This document shows positions 49,610 to 60,795 of a stretch of 64,000 nucleotides of DNA, piece after piece; position 1 is the stretch's first letter; every line of letters starts with the position of its first letter. The notes under the pieces were generated by a model. That model did not search any database and was not told the DNA's origin. It saw only the letters and a list, made by a program, of their open reading frames with translations. The DNA is from Schmidtea nova (Eukaryota). Location: NCBI GenBank assembly GCA_044892505.1, contig CM097882.1, positions 348,068,001 through 348,132,000 on the forward strand, in the 5' to 3' direction. The position numbers and the translations under genes were made by a program.

Positions 49610-52240
49610 ACTCAATCACCTGCTGCTCAGTCAACTGCTGCTGATGTAATGACTCAGTCTATTGCAAATCAGTCAACTGTGACGAAGCAATATGAATTAG
49701 AAAACATTCTCAAATATCAAATTTCTAACTTGCAATATTTTCAATCGATTTTGGATTATTTTTCTCAACTAAATGGTGGAAATCTCGCTACTGCCTCAGT
49801 TCTATCTGATGCGAATGCAAGTCAACGGAGTTCTTTCGATCAAGGATCTAAAATTTCTCAAAACCAATCTGATAATATGCCACTTTCTTATGCTGATATT
49901 GAGACAAAATTCACTAAATCAAAGGATTTACTGATTGTCAAGCGCCTGGATTCATTGGAGTCTCAATTTATGAATATGGCTGAAAAGTTAGATTATTTGG
50001 TTTCTTTTTTTAATGGCTCTGTTGATGATTTATCAGATTTTCCTAAAGTAAATGAAAATAATTTAAATAATAATCCTTTTAATAAAAATAAAGTTTTTGA
50101 TATCAAAGATAAATTAATTGTAAATAATGTAGTTTTAGATAAATCAAATATTTCAGAATTTATTGAAAATAATATTGCTAAAATTCCTAATAGTTTAATT
50201 GATGTAAATAATAAAATGTGTAATTCAAATAATAAATTTCTAAATAACCCTAATAAAGAGAATGTTAAACATTTTAATAATCCCAAAGATACATCTTCAA
50301 TTGATTTGACTAACGATAAAATTATGCCAAATGAAAACATAGAAATAATTATTAAAAATAATAAAAAATCTGTTAAAATTATAGAACCTTATAAAACAAC
50401 TAAAGAGAAGTATGATAAATTTGAATTTAAAAGTCTGGTTCGTATTTTAACGAAAAGGGAACGCCAGAAAATCTTGAATGCCTTCCCTGCTTTAATACAA
50501 CTAATTAAAAAGAAAGAATCACAGAGTAAATATTTTGAAATTAATAAATTTCTTTCGAGCAAAGATTTTAATGTGAATCACTTGAATTTAAATAATTTTG
50601 ATTATTTTTTCTATAGAAATTGTAATCTTTGTGTATCTTTAAAATTGAACAACGCTCCTGTCATTTTATCAGCACCAAAACCTGTTGTTTTAAAAACTAT
50701 TAAATTAATTGACCATAATATCGTCAAAATAAATTCTGAAATCCCTGACTTTGTTCGAGCTCCAATGTCAATTCGAAGATTTTTATTCAATCTTTCGCAC
50801 GATCTTTCAAACACTGTTTCCATCAAGGATGAGAAACACAGGGGAAATAAAATAAATAACATTCTTACTTCAATGAAACATAAACAACAATTACCAGATT
50901 ATTTAATAAAATCAAACATTAAATACGAAAATGGTGAGTTCTTATTATTAGATTTGACTAACGATAAAATCAAATTGAACGACGATAATAACTTGATAAA
51001 ATCAAATTTTTCTGAACTTACTAGAAGTCAGATTAAAAATCTTTACTATTCTTATCCTTCTCTTAAGGAAGTTTGTTTCGTTGAAAATCTTGAAACAAGA
51101 TCATCATCCGTTAGTAAAATTATCGAATCTTTAAAGTTAATTAATGAATTTCCAAAAAATATCATTTTTAAAGAGGGTAAATTTTATCAGTCTGATAAAA
51201 GAACAATCTCACCTAGTAGTTCTCCTGACATAATGTTCAACCTTGGTCTTTTTAATTTGGCTAGTATGAGTAGAAAAGATTGTGAATTAAAATCCATTTT
51301 AGAGAAGACTGGTTGTGACTTTAAAATAGTTGAAATAATATTCTACCTCAACTATTTAGGCTTGACTCAATCTTTAGAATTTTGCAAAAATCAAACTTAT
51401 TCTGATTATGTGAGGAATTACGTCTGTAATTGCTGCTTGATAAACTCACTCTGTAGTATTGCTGATGTTGATTCGCTTTCATCTGAAGATTTTGAGGGTT
51501 GGGCGACCGAAATTGTTCAGAAAATCCCAGTTTCTTCCTATTACTTCAATAGCTGCCAGGAAAAGCTTTTAAAGCTGAAGCAATGGGACATTTCAACTAA
51601 AATCAAAAGAATCCATAACGTTATTTCACCTGAAATAATATCTTATTTAAATAACTTTCTTGACTCTGTAGACGTAAAATTTCCATCTAAGTCTCAACAA
51701 CATAATATTCTAATTAAATTAATGAAAGCTATCAATGACATTAAAATTTTTGATGACATACACGGAAATAAAGCAAAAAGACTTGTTTACTTTTTGCTAA
51801 GAGATGCCAAGAAATATTTGAATAAAAATCAACGATTCAGATTATTTGAATCGAGCAATAAATATTGCACTTCAGAGATGGAGAATATAATTTCAGTAAT
51901 AATTGAGAACCTTACCAAAGTTACTGACCATGAAGTTACTACTCCTGAAATCACAGTTGAAGAAACGCCAATTGAAATAACTTGTGATCCTGAACCTATC
52001 GTCTTGATTAAGGAAATAAACTGTTTAAAATGTAACAATATCATCGAAAAATGCATTCTTGTTAGAGATGGAACAAACGTCAACATCTGTGAAAGCTGTC
52101 TATTTGACGCAATTACCTTTGAAAAGCCGATTCCTGAAGCTACTAATTCGGATACCGAAGAAAATACGGAAACAAATAGTAAGAAATCTTGTCCAAGACC
52201 TAGAAAAACAGACAAGAAAACATCAACCAAAGCGAAATGA
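49607..52240 (+). CDS. E7 ORF1 (877 aa)
   Basis: Near-identical to the other copies. Confidence 0.85.
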   Translation: MTQSPAAQSTAADVMTQSIANQSTVTKQYELENILKYQISNLQYFQSILDYFSQLNGGNLATASVLSDANASQRSSFDQGSKISQNQSDNMPLSYADIETKFTKSKDLLIVKRLDSLESQFMNMAEKLDYLVSFFNGSVDDLSDFPKVNENNLNNNPFNKNKVFDIKDKLIVNNVVLDKSNISEFIENNIAKIPNSLIDVNNKMCNSNNKFLNNPNKENVKHFNNPKDTSSIDLTNDKIMPNENIEIIIKNNKKSVKIIEPYKTTKEKYDKFEFKSLVRILTKRERQKILNAFPALIQLIKKKESQSKYFEINKFLSSKDFNVNHLNLNNFDYFFYRNCNLCVSLKLNNAPVILSAPKPVVLKTIKLIDHNIVKINSEIPDFVRAPMSIRRFLFNLSHDLSNTVSIKDEKHRGNKINNILTSMKHKQQLPDYLIKSNIKYENGEFLLLDLTNDKIKLNDDNNLIKSNFSELTRSQIKNLYYSYPSLKEVCFVENLETRSSSVSKIIESLKLINEFPKNIIFKEGKFYQSDKRTISPSSSPDIMFNLGLFNLASMSRKDCELKSILEKTGCDFKIVEIIFYLNYLGLTQSLEFCKNQTYSDYVRNYVCNCCLINSLCSIADVDSLSSEDFEGWATEIVQKIPVSSYYFNSCQEKLLKLKQWDISTKIKRIHNVISPEIISYLNNFLDSVDVKFPSKSQQHNILIKLMKAINDIKIFDDIHGNKAKRLVYFLLRDAKKYLNKNQRFRLFESSNKYCTSEMENIISVIIENLTKVTDHEVTTPEITVEETPIEITCDPEPIVLIKEINCLKCNNIIEKCILVRDGTNVNICESCLFDAITFEKPIPEATNSDTEENTETNSKKSCPRPRKTDKKTSTKAK

Positions 52241-55200
52241 AGATGTGTGCCTGCATCAGCTCAATCGTCTGCCATTCCCTCTAATGAGACTGATGCAGAG
52301 AGCACAACTAAAAATAATATTTCAACTATCGACAATCGTGATCCTGAAGTGTGGTTTTCTGATAATGATATTGATTGGTATCTTGAAAACCACATTGATA
52401 ATCCAATGCATGGATATATTAAATGCTTTATAGTAAATATCATCTGTTCTAACATCACAGAAGATATTGTTGAAATTCCACCATCTATTAGCAATGCTGA
52501 AATTGTATTTTGTCCACTCAACATTAACAATTCGCACTGGATTCTTTTTGTTTATAGTAAGAAAATGTTATCTTCTTACTTTATTGACCCAATCCTTGCA
52601 AACAGACAAAAGCCAATCAATAAACAAATGGCTCAGAGAATTAACCTAAAACTGAATAGATTTTTTAATCTAAATATATCTGTGTCCCGACATCCACACA
52701 AACATCTTGAATATCAAAATAACAGCTTTGATTGTGGCCCATTTACGTGTGCTTATGCTGTGATTATCAGTAAAGATTTGAACAGCTTTCCAAATGGGTT
52801 CATAGAGAAAATTCGTACCAGTGTGCATGAAAATCAAAATCGTATGCAAATAACCGAATCCACCTTATTCGCTGGTACTAACTCCAAGATGGACATGACC
52901 AAAATAAATATCAAGAAAGCCCTTGCAAAAAAGAAAGTCATCACCAACACCTCAGATATGACCAAAGTATTGAACACTCAAAAACCGTGTGTGTCATCAA
53001 TAATTAGTAAATATTACGAAAGTAATTCTAAAATAACAGTCTTATCTGCCGAACTAACTTTAAACCTAATTGCACAAAATACCTCCTTCATAGCTGATAA
53101 TGTCACTTTCAAGCAGTTCAAAGGAATCGATCATGTTATAAGTATCATTCCTAAATTTAACGATTGGTGTCTCTTTGTCTATTCGAATAAACTTGACAGG
53201 AGCTACATGTTCGACTTCAATTATCGAAACATTGATGAAAGGCTAATTGAAATTGGTGAAAAGATAACTGAATATCTGAATCAATTCACTCTTGTTTCTA
53301 AAATAAAATTCACACCTCATCATAGAATTTCTCATCCAACATTTCATTCTTACGATGATCAATATTTTGCAAGTTCTTTTATTGTATTTTTTGAGAAACT
53401 TGTCTTTGAAAGAATACTGGACAATGATAAGGTTTATGACTCATTAAGTGCTCTAAAATATCAGTCTTGTAAAGATCTTTCTCCTAGCCTAAGTTTCATT
53501 AATGGTAAAATATCCGACAAAATTATTGAGGAATATTTTGCTAGCCTAAACTTATCGACCAAATATATTCTTCTAAACACAACAATGTGTACTGCGCTTT
53601 CAGATGATTGCACTGAATACTTGAAAGACTTTGTAAACATTGAGTGCATGATGAAGGCTACTATAATCTTTGTAATCATTTCTCCTCCAAGAGCCAACGA
53701 CTTGCTCATGGTTATTGATTACGACGCTGATGAGCACTATTTATTAAGCCCAGTCACTAATGACTTGTTCGTTATGACTGAAGGATTCTGCTATAAATTA
53801 CTAATTAAAATTAATGAGATTAGAGAGAGCACAGGACGTTCCTTGAAATCGCGTAATTGTCGACATGACGTTAAAGGTTCTGGCTTATTTAGTAGGTTAT
53901 TAATCTGTGCCTTTATTAAATATTATGCATTTGACCGATCTCTAGAAAATATCAATCTTCATGAAATTGGCAAAATTATCTACTCACTTGTGCCATTAGT
54001 TGATAAAAATGATAATGCTGAGGAAGAAAGACGACTAAAATCAAAAGCTGTAAACTCTTTAAAACTAAATTTAAAACAGCGAATAGAAAAAGCCAATAAT
54101 CTTATAATTTCACTTGAACACGCCAGTATTGATGAAATCATAAGTGGCATTCTTTCAAATATTCCTCGTCTTAAAGATTTGAACACCGATCACATTCGTA
54201 CACCATATTTAGGTACTAAAATAGAAAAAGCTAGAAAATTCAAAAATTCCACTGAATTTCTGTCAAACATGAAAAAGACTGTGTATAGGATTTTGGGTAA
54301 TAACACAGAATCAATTGCACCTCCTTTTCAGGAAATTATTGACACTTTCAGTCATCCTGATACATTACCTAGAAATTGGGAAAACATCTTAAAATTTACA
54401 AAAACTTCTAAAACTAGTCTTGAATTAAATCCAATGACACCTAAAGAAATCATGTCAAGTCTTGGCAAAGCTGACAACACTTCTCCAGGTCTTGATAATG
54501 TCTGTTATAAAGATCTTTTGCTATTAGACCCTGAATGTAAATTGTTAACTTTTCTATACAATAAAATCCTAAAATTAGATATTATTCCCACAAGTTGGAA
54601 ATCATTTAAAACCATACTGATTCCAAAACCAGATAAAAATGGCCAATATCATAAAATATCTTCTTGGCGACCAATTGCCTTATTATCTGTCATTTACAAA
54701 GTCTTCGCTTCAGTTTTGGCAAATCGTCTAAGCTTATGGATAAGAAATAATTCCATGTTACACATTGGCCAAAAGGGTGGTTCGGAGTACGAAGGATGTA
54801 TTGAACACAACTCTATTCTTTCTGCTATCGTCGAACATTCAAAATACAGCAAGTCTTTACCTTTAACGATAGCTTGGCTAGACATCAAAGATGCCTTCGG
54901 AAGTGTTCCACATGACTACATGTGGACACTGTTAAAACACATAAATGTTAGTGATAGGTTTGTAGGAATTTTAAAACTGCTCTATACTGATACAAGCTCG
55001 TTTTATTGTTGCAATAAAATGCAAACACCGGATATTCCAATAAAGAAAGGAGTTAAACAAGGTTGTCCGATCTCAATGATATTGTTTGCAATAGCTATTA
55101 ACCCAGTACTTGAGTCTATTAATCTATCAAACGTTAATCCTTTTACGATTGGAACATCTCCGGTACAGGTGTTGGCTTATGCGGATGATATCGCACTTAT

Positions 55201-57210
55201 CGCGACAAATACCTCTGATCTGCAAATACTCATAAACGTTGCTGTAAACACCGCTAAAACTATTGGATTTGAATATCGTCCAGAAAAGTGCGCTTATATG
55301 CAATACCCTAAAATAGAAACTGTAAGCGAGATTTCTGTCAACAACGTTCTTATAAAAAAGATTGCAACAAATGAATTTTACCAATACTTGGGAGTACCAA
55401 TAGGTGACAATAATGATCAAAGTCCCTATGAAATTCTAAGCAAAGTAATTGAAGACACAAAGAAAATAGCAAATTCTGATCTTTACGGCTGGCAAAAACT
55501 TAAAGCGTATAAGGTCTTTCTGCATTCTCGCTTGATTTTTCCATTTAGAACTAGGGAAATCAAAACAAGTTCTTTAGCTGATTCGAGTAAAAATTCAAAA
55601 TTAAATGTAAATAATACGAGTATTTTGAGGAGTCATCTTAGAAAAATATTGCACTTGCCACACTACTCTGAGATTAGCTATTTTTATAATTCTACTGAAA
55701 ACGGCGGTGCAGGCTGCATAGACTTACTTGACGAGTATCATACACAGACAATCGTGTACTTTTTCCGTTTGTTAACATCAACGTGCGAATATTCGAAAAA
55801 GATAAATACTGACTCGCTTTTATTTGTCACAAGTCCGAGACTCGGAATCAAAAATCCAGTTCTTAAACAAAGTTTAGAATGGATAAATGGAAAAGAGAGC
55901 AAGAAAAACAACAGTGGTTGCAAAACTCGATTTTATCGGTTGCGATCATCCATTGCTTACTTTTCTAAAGTTCACAACATTAAATTGTTATTTGAAACAG
56001 TGAAAGGGAATCCTTCTATCCGTATAACCACTACACTTAAGGGAACACGTATATTATTACCAACATTAAGAAAAGCCTTGTCAATGATTTTACATTCAGC
56101 TCTCCAGGATTCGTATCTCGAGAAATGGGAGAATAGCAATCATAATAATCTGCTTGTATCTGCGATTAAACTCTGTCCACTGGTCAACAGGCTTATTTTC
56201 CGCAGTGATTTGACAGAATTTGAATGGAGATTCGTCCATCGAGCAAGAACGAATACATTATCAATATTTGCGAAGCCATATAAAACTGGCGAAAATCGTC
56301 TTTGTCGTAGATGTAAGCTTGAAGACGAGACTTTATCACACGTTCTTCAAACTTGTAAAATGAACAAATCTTTGGCAACTAGTCGACATAACGCTTGCTT
56401 AGAAAAAATAAAAAGCGAGTTGAAAGATCCAAACTTGTTAGTTGTTGCGGATCATAAATGTTCCCTAGTACCGACATCAACTGAACGCGTTGATTTAATA
56501 ATAACCAATAATGATAAAAAGACCATATTATTGGTAGACATGAAATGCCCAATCGATTCGGTGCCCAACTTTGACTTGGCTGATAAAAAAAACATAGAAA
56601 AGTATGATAAACTAAAATCAGAAATTAAAATAGCCAAACCCGATTATAAAGTTGAGTTGTTTACCTGCATCATAGGCTCATTAGGATCCATTGAAATTAA
56701 AACACCTGATCTTTTAGTAAAAATGGGAGTAAAAGAAAATAAAGTAAAACGTCTGATGAAAGAGTGTGCAATTAGCAATATTGCGCACTCGGCCAAAATT
56801 TGGTACTTTCATACCAATGGCTTTCTTCCAGATAATATAAGACAAACTTGTAAATAAATAATTATATATATATAAATATTTGCTTTTTAAACTCTGTAAA
56901 TAAAATTTAAAGTAAATATTTTGTAAAGTAATTTTTGTTTTAAATATCAAATCTTTTTAATCTGATAAATTGTCTTTGAGAGTTATTAAATTGGGAGACC
57001 AAGTATTCTGCGACGTATGTCATTTATTCTAGACTTATCAACTTCAAAAGAATACAGTCGCAAAGCTGGATGACGAAATCCAAAGAACCAGAAACTTCCA
57101 TTCAGATTGAACAATTATATTTTGACTGTGATTGTTTAGGGACTAATCCATGTTGATTAGATAATCTGTAAAAAAAATATGTCAAACTTGTTATATTTAA
57201 TAAATGTTTA
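49610..57210 (+). mobile_element. RLE non-LTR retrotransposon copy E7 (7601 bp)
   Basis: Same structure and junctions. Confidence 0.96.
52247..56857 (+). CDS. E7 ORF2 (Ulp1-RT-CCHC-RLE)
   Basis: Same motifs as E2; shares a divergent patch with E3. Confidence 0.95.
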   Translation: MPASAQSSAIPSNETDAESTTKNNISTIDNRDPEVWFSDNDIDWYLENHIDNPMHGYIKCFIVNIICSNITEDIVEIPPSISNAEIVFCPLNINNSHWILFVYSKKMLSSYFIDPILANRQKPINKQMAQRINLKLNRFFNLNISVSRHPHKHLEYQNNSFDCGPFTCAYAVIISKDLNSFPNGFIEKIRTSVHENQNRMQITESTLFAGTNSKMDMTKINIKKALAKKKVITNTSDMTKVLNTQKPCVSSIISKYYESNSKITVLSAELTLNLIAQNTSFIADNVTFKQFKGIDHVISIIPKFNDWCLFVYSNKLDRSYMFDFNYRNIDERLIEIGEKITEYLNQFTLVSKIKFTPHHRISHPTFHSYDDQYFASSFIVFFEKLVFERILDNDKVYDSLSALKYQSCKDLSPSLSFINGKISDKIIEEYFASLNLSTKYILLNTTMCTALSDDCTEYLKDFVNIECMMKATIIFVIISPPRANDLLMVIDYDADEHYLLSPVTNDLFVMTEGFCYKLLIKINEIRESTGRSLKSRNCRHDVKGSGLFSRLLICAFIKYYAFDRSLENINLHEIGKIIYSLVPLVDKNDNAEEERRLKSKAVNSLKLNLKQRIEKANNLIISLEHASIDEIISGILSNIPRLKDLNTDHIRTPYLGTKIEKARKFKNSTEFLSNMKKTVYRILGNNTESIAPPFQEIIDTFSHPDTLPRNWENILKFTKTSKTSLELNPMTPKEIMSSLGKADNTSPGLDNVCYKDLLLLDPECKLLTFLYNKILKLDIIPTSWKSFKTILIPKPDKNGQYHKISSWRPIALLSVIYKVFASVLANRLSLWIRNNSMLHIGQKGGSEYEGCIEHNSILSAIVEHSKYSKSLPLTIAWLDIKDAFGSVPHDYMWTLLKHINVSDRFVGILKLLYTDTSSFYCCNKMQTPDIPIKKGVKQGCPISMILFAIAINPVLESINLSNVNPFTIGTSPVQVLAYADDIALIATNTSDLQILINVAVNTAKTIGFEYRPEKCAYMQYPKIETVSEISVNNVLIKKIATNEFYQYLGVPIGDNNDQSPYEILSKVIEDTKKIANSDLYGWQKLKAYKVFLHSRLIFPFRTREIKTSSLADSSKNSKLNVNNTSILRSHLRKILHLPHYSEISYFYNSTENGGAGCIDLLDEYHTQTIVYFFRLLTSTCEYSKKINTDSLLFVTSPRLGIKNPVLKQSLEWINGKESKKNNSGCKTRFYRLRSSIAYFSKVHNIKLLFETVKGNPSIRITTTLKGTRILLPTLRKALSMILHSALQDSYLEKWENSNHNNLLVSAIKLCPLVNRLIFRSDLTEFEWRFVHRARTNTLSIFAKPYKTGENRLCRRCKLEDETLSHVLQTCKMNKSLATSRHNACLEKIKSELKDPNLLVVADHKCSLVPTSTERVDLIITNNDKKTILLVDMKCPIDSVPNFDLADKKNIEKYDKLKSEIKIAKPDYKVELFTCIIGSLGSIEIKTPDLLVKMGVKENKVKRLMKECAISNIAHSAKIWYFHTNGFLPDNIRQTCK

Positions 57211-57265
57211 TTATCACGTCTGCTTTACACGCAGAAGGTCCCCGGTTCGATCCCGGGTCGAACCA
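57211..57265 (+). pseudogene. 3' part of tRNA-Val(TAC) interrupted by E7
   Basis: tRNA nt 19-73, followed by spacer A. Confidence 0.95.
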
Positions 57266-57415
57266 AATTTTTATTGTAAATTGTTAAATCTTGTTTACTA
57301 TGTTTCCATTGTTTACTAGTGTTATTTTGTGTGTGTGTGTGTGTTTTATTAGTAAATCAGATCAATTTATTTAGCTGAAAGTTGGTAACAAACGAAAATT
57401 TGAAAATATTTACAG

Positions 57416-57488
57416 GGTTCGATGGTGTAGCGGTTATCACGTCTGCTTCACACGCAGAAGGTCCCCGGTTCGATCCCGGGTCGAACCA
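57416..57488 (+). tRNA. tRNA-Val: tRNA-Val(CAC)
   Basis: Identical 73-nt cloverleaf. Confidence 0.97.
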
Positions 57489-57785
57489 TATTTTATTAAT
57501 TAGAAACTTCCTAATCTTGATTTTTTCTCAATGGAACACCTTTCTCATATATGTTACAATATTAAAAATGATTGAATAATCAGAGAAAAAAGTTAAAATT
57601 TCATTTTCATAAATGTAGTGTGTGAAAGCTTTCTATCCTTTTGCAATTTTATGATTATTTTGTGCAGTGTTGTTTATTTAAATATGTAACTGTTGAAAAA
57701 AAGAATATTGGATATGAAAATGGATAAAGTATTGGAAGTGTTGATATATATATTGTAAATTTTAACGATTGATAAATTCTTTCAA

Positions 57786-57858
57786 GGTTCGATGGTGTAG
57801 CGGTTATCACGTCTGCTTCACACGCAGAAGGTCCCCGGTTCGATCCCGGGTCGAACCA
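57786..57858 (+). tRNA. tRNA-Val: tRNA-Val(CAC)
   Basis: Identical 73-nt cloverleaf. Confidence 0.97.
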
Positions 57859-58155
57859 TATTTTATTAATTAGAAACTTCCTAATCTTGATTTTTTCTCA
57901 ATGGAACACCTTTCTCATATATGTTACAATATTAAAAATGATTGAATAATCAGAGAAAAAAGTTAAAATTTCATTTTCATAAATGTAGTGTGTGAAAGCT
58001 TTCTATCCTTTTGCAATTTTATGATTATTTTGTGCAGTGTTGTTTATTTAAATATGTAACTGTTGAAAAAAAGAATATTGGATATGAAAATGGATAAAGT
58101 ATTGCAAGTGTTGATATATATATTGTAAATTTTAACGATTGATAAATTCTTTCAA

Positions 58156-58164
58156 GGTTCGATG
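58156..58164 (+). pseudogene. 5' stub (nt 1-9) of tRNA-Val interrupted by E8
   Basis: GGTTCGATG then ACTC. Confidence 0.9.
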
Positions 58165-60795
58165 ACTCAATCACCTGCTGCTCAGTCAACTGCTGCTGAT
58201 GTAATGACTCAGTCTATTGCAAATCAGTCAACTGTGACGAAGCAATATGAATTAGAAAACATTCTCAAATATCAAATTTCTAACTTGCAATATTTTCAAT
58301 CGATTTTGGATTATTTTTCTCAACTAAATGGTGGAAATCTCGCTACTGCCTCAGTTCTATCTGATGCGAATGCAAGTCAACGGAGTTCTTTCGATCAAGG
58401 ATCTAAAATTTCTCAAAACCAATCTGATAATATGCCACTTTCTTATGCTGATATTGAGACAAAATTCACTAAATCAAAGGATTTACTGATTGTCAAGCGC
58501 CTGGATTCATTGGAGTCTCAATTTATGAATATGGCTGAAAAGTTAGATTATTTGGTTTCTTTTTTTAATGGCTCTGTTGATGATTTATCAGATTTTCCTA
58601 AAGTAAATGAAAATAATTTAAATAATAATCCTTTTAATAAAAATAAAGTTTTTGATATCAAAGATAAATTAATTGTAAATAATGTAGTTTTAGATAAATC
58701 AAATATTTCAGAATTTATTGAAAATAATATTGCTAAAATTCCTAATAGTTTAATTGATGTAAATAATAAAATGTGTAATTCAAATAATAAATTTCTAAAT
58801 AACCCTAATAAAGAGAATGTTAAACATTTTAATAATCCCAAAGATACATCTTCAATTGATTTGACTAACGATAAAATTATGCCAAATGAAAACATAGAAA
58901 TAATTATTAAAAATAATAAAAAATCTGTTAAAATTATAGAACCTTATAAAACAACTAAAGAGAAGTATGATAAATTTGAATTTAAAAGTCTGGTTCGTAT
59001 TTTAACGAAAAGGGAACGCCAGAAAATCTTGAATGCCTTCCCTGCTTTAATACAACTAATTAAAAAGAAAGAATCACAGAGTAAATATTTTGAAATTAAT
59101 AAATTTCTTTCGAGCAAAGATTTTAATGTGAATCACTTGAATTTAAATAATTTTGATTATTTTTTCTATAGAAATTGTAATCTTTGTGTATCTTTAAAAT
59201 TGAACAACGCTCCTGTCATTTTATCAGCACCAAAACCTGTTGTTTTAAAAACTATTAAATTAATTGACCATAATATCGTCAAAATAAATTCTGAAATCCC
59301 TGACTTTGTTCGAGCTCCAATGTCAATTCGAAGATTTTTATTCAATCTTTCGCACGATCTTTCAAACACTGTTTCCATCAAGGATGAGAAACACAGGGGA
59401 AATAAAATAAATAACATTCTTACTTCAATGAAACATAAACAACAATTACCAGATTATTTAATAAAATCAAACATTAAATACGAAAATGGTGAGTTCTTAT
59501 TATTAGATTTGACTAACGATAAAATCAAATTGAACGACGATAATAACTTGATAAAATCAAATTTTTCTGAACTTACTAGAAGTCAGATTAAAAATCTTTA
59601 CTATTCTTATCCTTCTCTTAAGGAAGTTTGTTTCGTTGAAAATCTTGAAACAAGATCATCATCCGTTAGTAAAATTATCGAATCTTTAAAGTTAATTAAT
59701 GAATTTCCAAAAAATATCATTTTTAAAGAGGGTAAATTTTATCAGTCTGATAAAAGAACAATCTCACCTAGTAGTTCTCCTGACATAATGTTCAACCTTG
59801 GTCTTTTTAATTTGGCTAGTATGAGTAGAAAAGATTGTGAATTAAAATCCATTTTAGAGAAGACTGGTTGTGACTTTAAAATAGTTGAAATAATATTCTA
59901 CCTCAACTATTTAGGCTTGACTCAATCTTTAGAATTTTGCAAAAATCAAACTTATTCCGATTATGTGAGGAATTACGTCTGTAATTGCTGCTTGATAAAC
60001 TCACTCTGTAGTATTGCTGATGTTGATTCGCTTTCATCTGAAGATTTTGAGGGTTGGGCGACCGAAATTGTTCAGAAAATCCCAGTTTCTTCCTATTACT
60101 TCAATAGCTGCCAGGAAAAGCTTTTAAAGCTGAAGCAATGGGACATTTCAACTAAAGTCAAAAGAATCCATAACGTTATTTCACCTGAAATAATATCTTA
60201 TTTAAATAACTTTCTTGACTCTGTAGACGTAAAATTTCCATCTAAGTCTCAACAACATAATATTCTAATTAAATTAATGAAAGCTATCAATGACATTAAA
60301 ATTTTTGATGACATACACGGAAATAAAGCAAAAAGACTTGTTTACTTTTTGCTAAGAGATGCCAAGAAATATTTGAATAAAAATCAACGATTCAGATTAT
60401 TTGAATCGAGCAATAAATATTGCACTTCAGAGATGGAGAATATAATTTCAGTAATAATTGAGAACCTTACCAAAGTTACTGACCATGAAGTTACTACTCC
60501 TGAAATCACAGTTGAAGAAACGCCAATTGAAATAACTTGTGATCCTGAACCTATCGTCTTGATTAAGGAAATAAACTGTTTAAAATGTAACAATATCATC
60601 GAAAAATGCATTCTTGTTAGAGATGGAACAAACGTCAACATCTGTGAAAGCTGTCTATTTGACGCAATTACCTTTGAAAAGCCGATTCCTGAAGCTACTA
60701 ATTCGGATACCGAAGAAAATATGGAAACAAATAGTAAGAAATCTTGTCCAAGACCTAGAAAAACAGACAAGAAAACATCAACCAAAGCGAAATGA
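58162..60795 (+). CDS. E8 ORF1 (877 aa)
   Basis: Near-identical to the other copies. Confidence 0.85.
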   Translation: MTQSPAAQSTAADVMTQSIANQSTVTKQYELENILKYQISNLQYFQSILDYFSQLNGGNLATASVLSDANASQRSSFDQGSKISQNQSDNMPLSYADIETKFTKSKDLLIVKRLDSLESQFMNMAEKLDYLVSFFNGSVDDLSDFPKVNENNLNNNPFNKNKVFDIKDKLIVNNVVLDKSNISEFIENNIAKIPNSLIDVNNKMCNSNNKFLNNPNKENVKHFNNPKDTSSIDLTNDKIMPNENIEIIIKNNKKSVKIIEPYKTTKEKYDKFEFKSLVRILTKRERQKILNAFPALIQLIKKKESQSKYFEINKFLSSKDFNVNHLNLNNFDYFFYRNCNLCVSLKLNNAPVILSAPKPVVLKTIKLIDHNIVKINSEIPDFVRAPMSIRRFLFNLSHDLSNTVSIKDEKHRGNKINNILTSMKHKQQLPDYLIKSNIKYENGEFLLLDLTNDKIKLNDDNNLIKSNFSELTRSQIKNLYYSYPSLKEVCFVENLETRSSSVSKIIESLKLINEFPKNIIFKEGKFYQSDKRTISPSSSPDIMFNLGLFNLASMSRKDCELKSILEKTGCDFKIVEIIFYLNYLGLTQSLEFCKNQTYSDYVRNYVCNCCLINSLCSIADVDSLSSEDFEGWATEIVQKIPVSSYYFNSCQEKLLKLKQWDISTKVKRIHNVISPEIISYLNNFLDSVDVKFPSKSQQHNILIKLMKAINDIKIFDDIHGNKAKRLVYFLLRDAKKYLNKNQRFRLFESSNKYCTSEMENIISVIIENLTKVTDHEVTTPEITVEETPIEITCDPEPIVLIKEINCLKCNNIIEKCILVRDGTNVNICESCLFDAITFEKPIPEATNSDTEENMETNSKKSCPRPRKTDKKTSTKAK

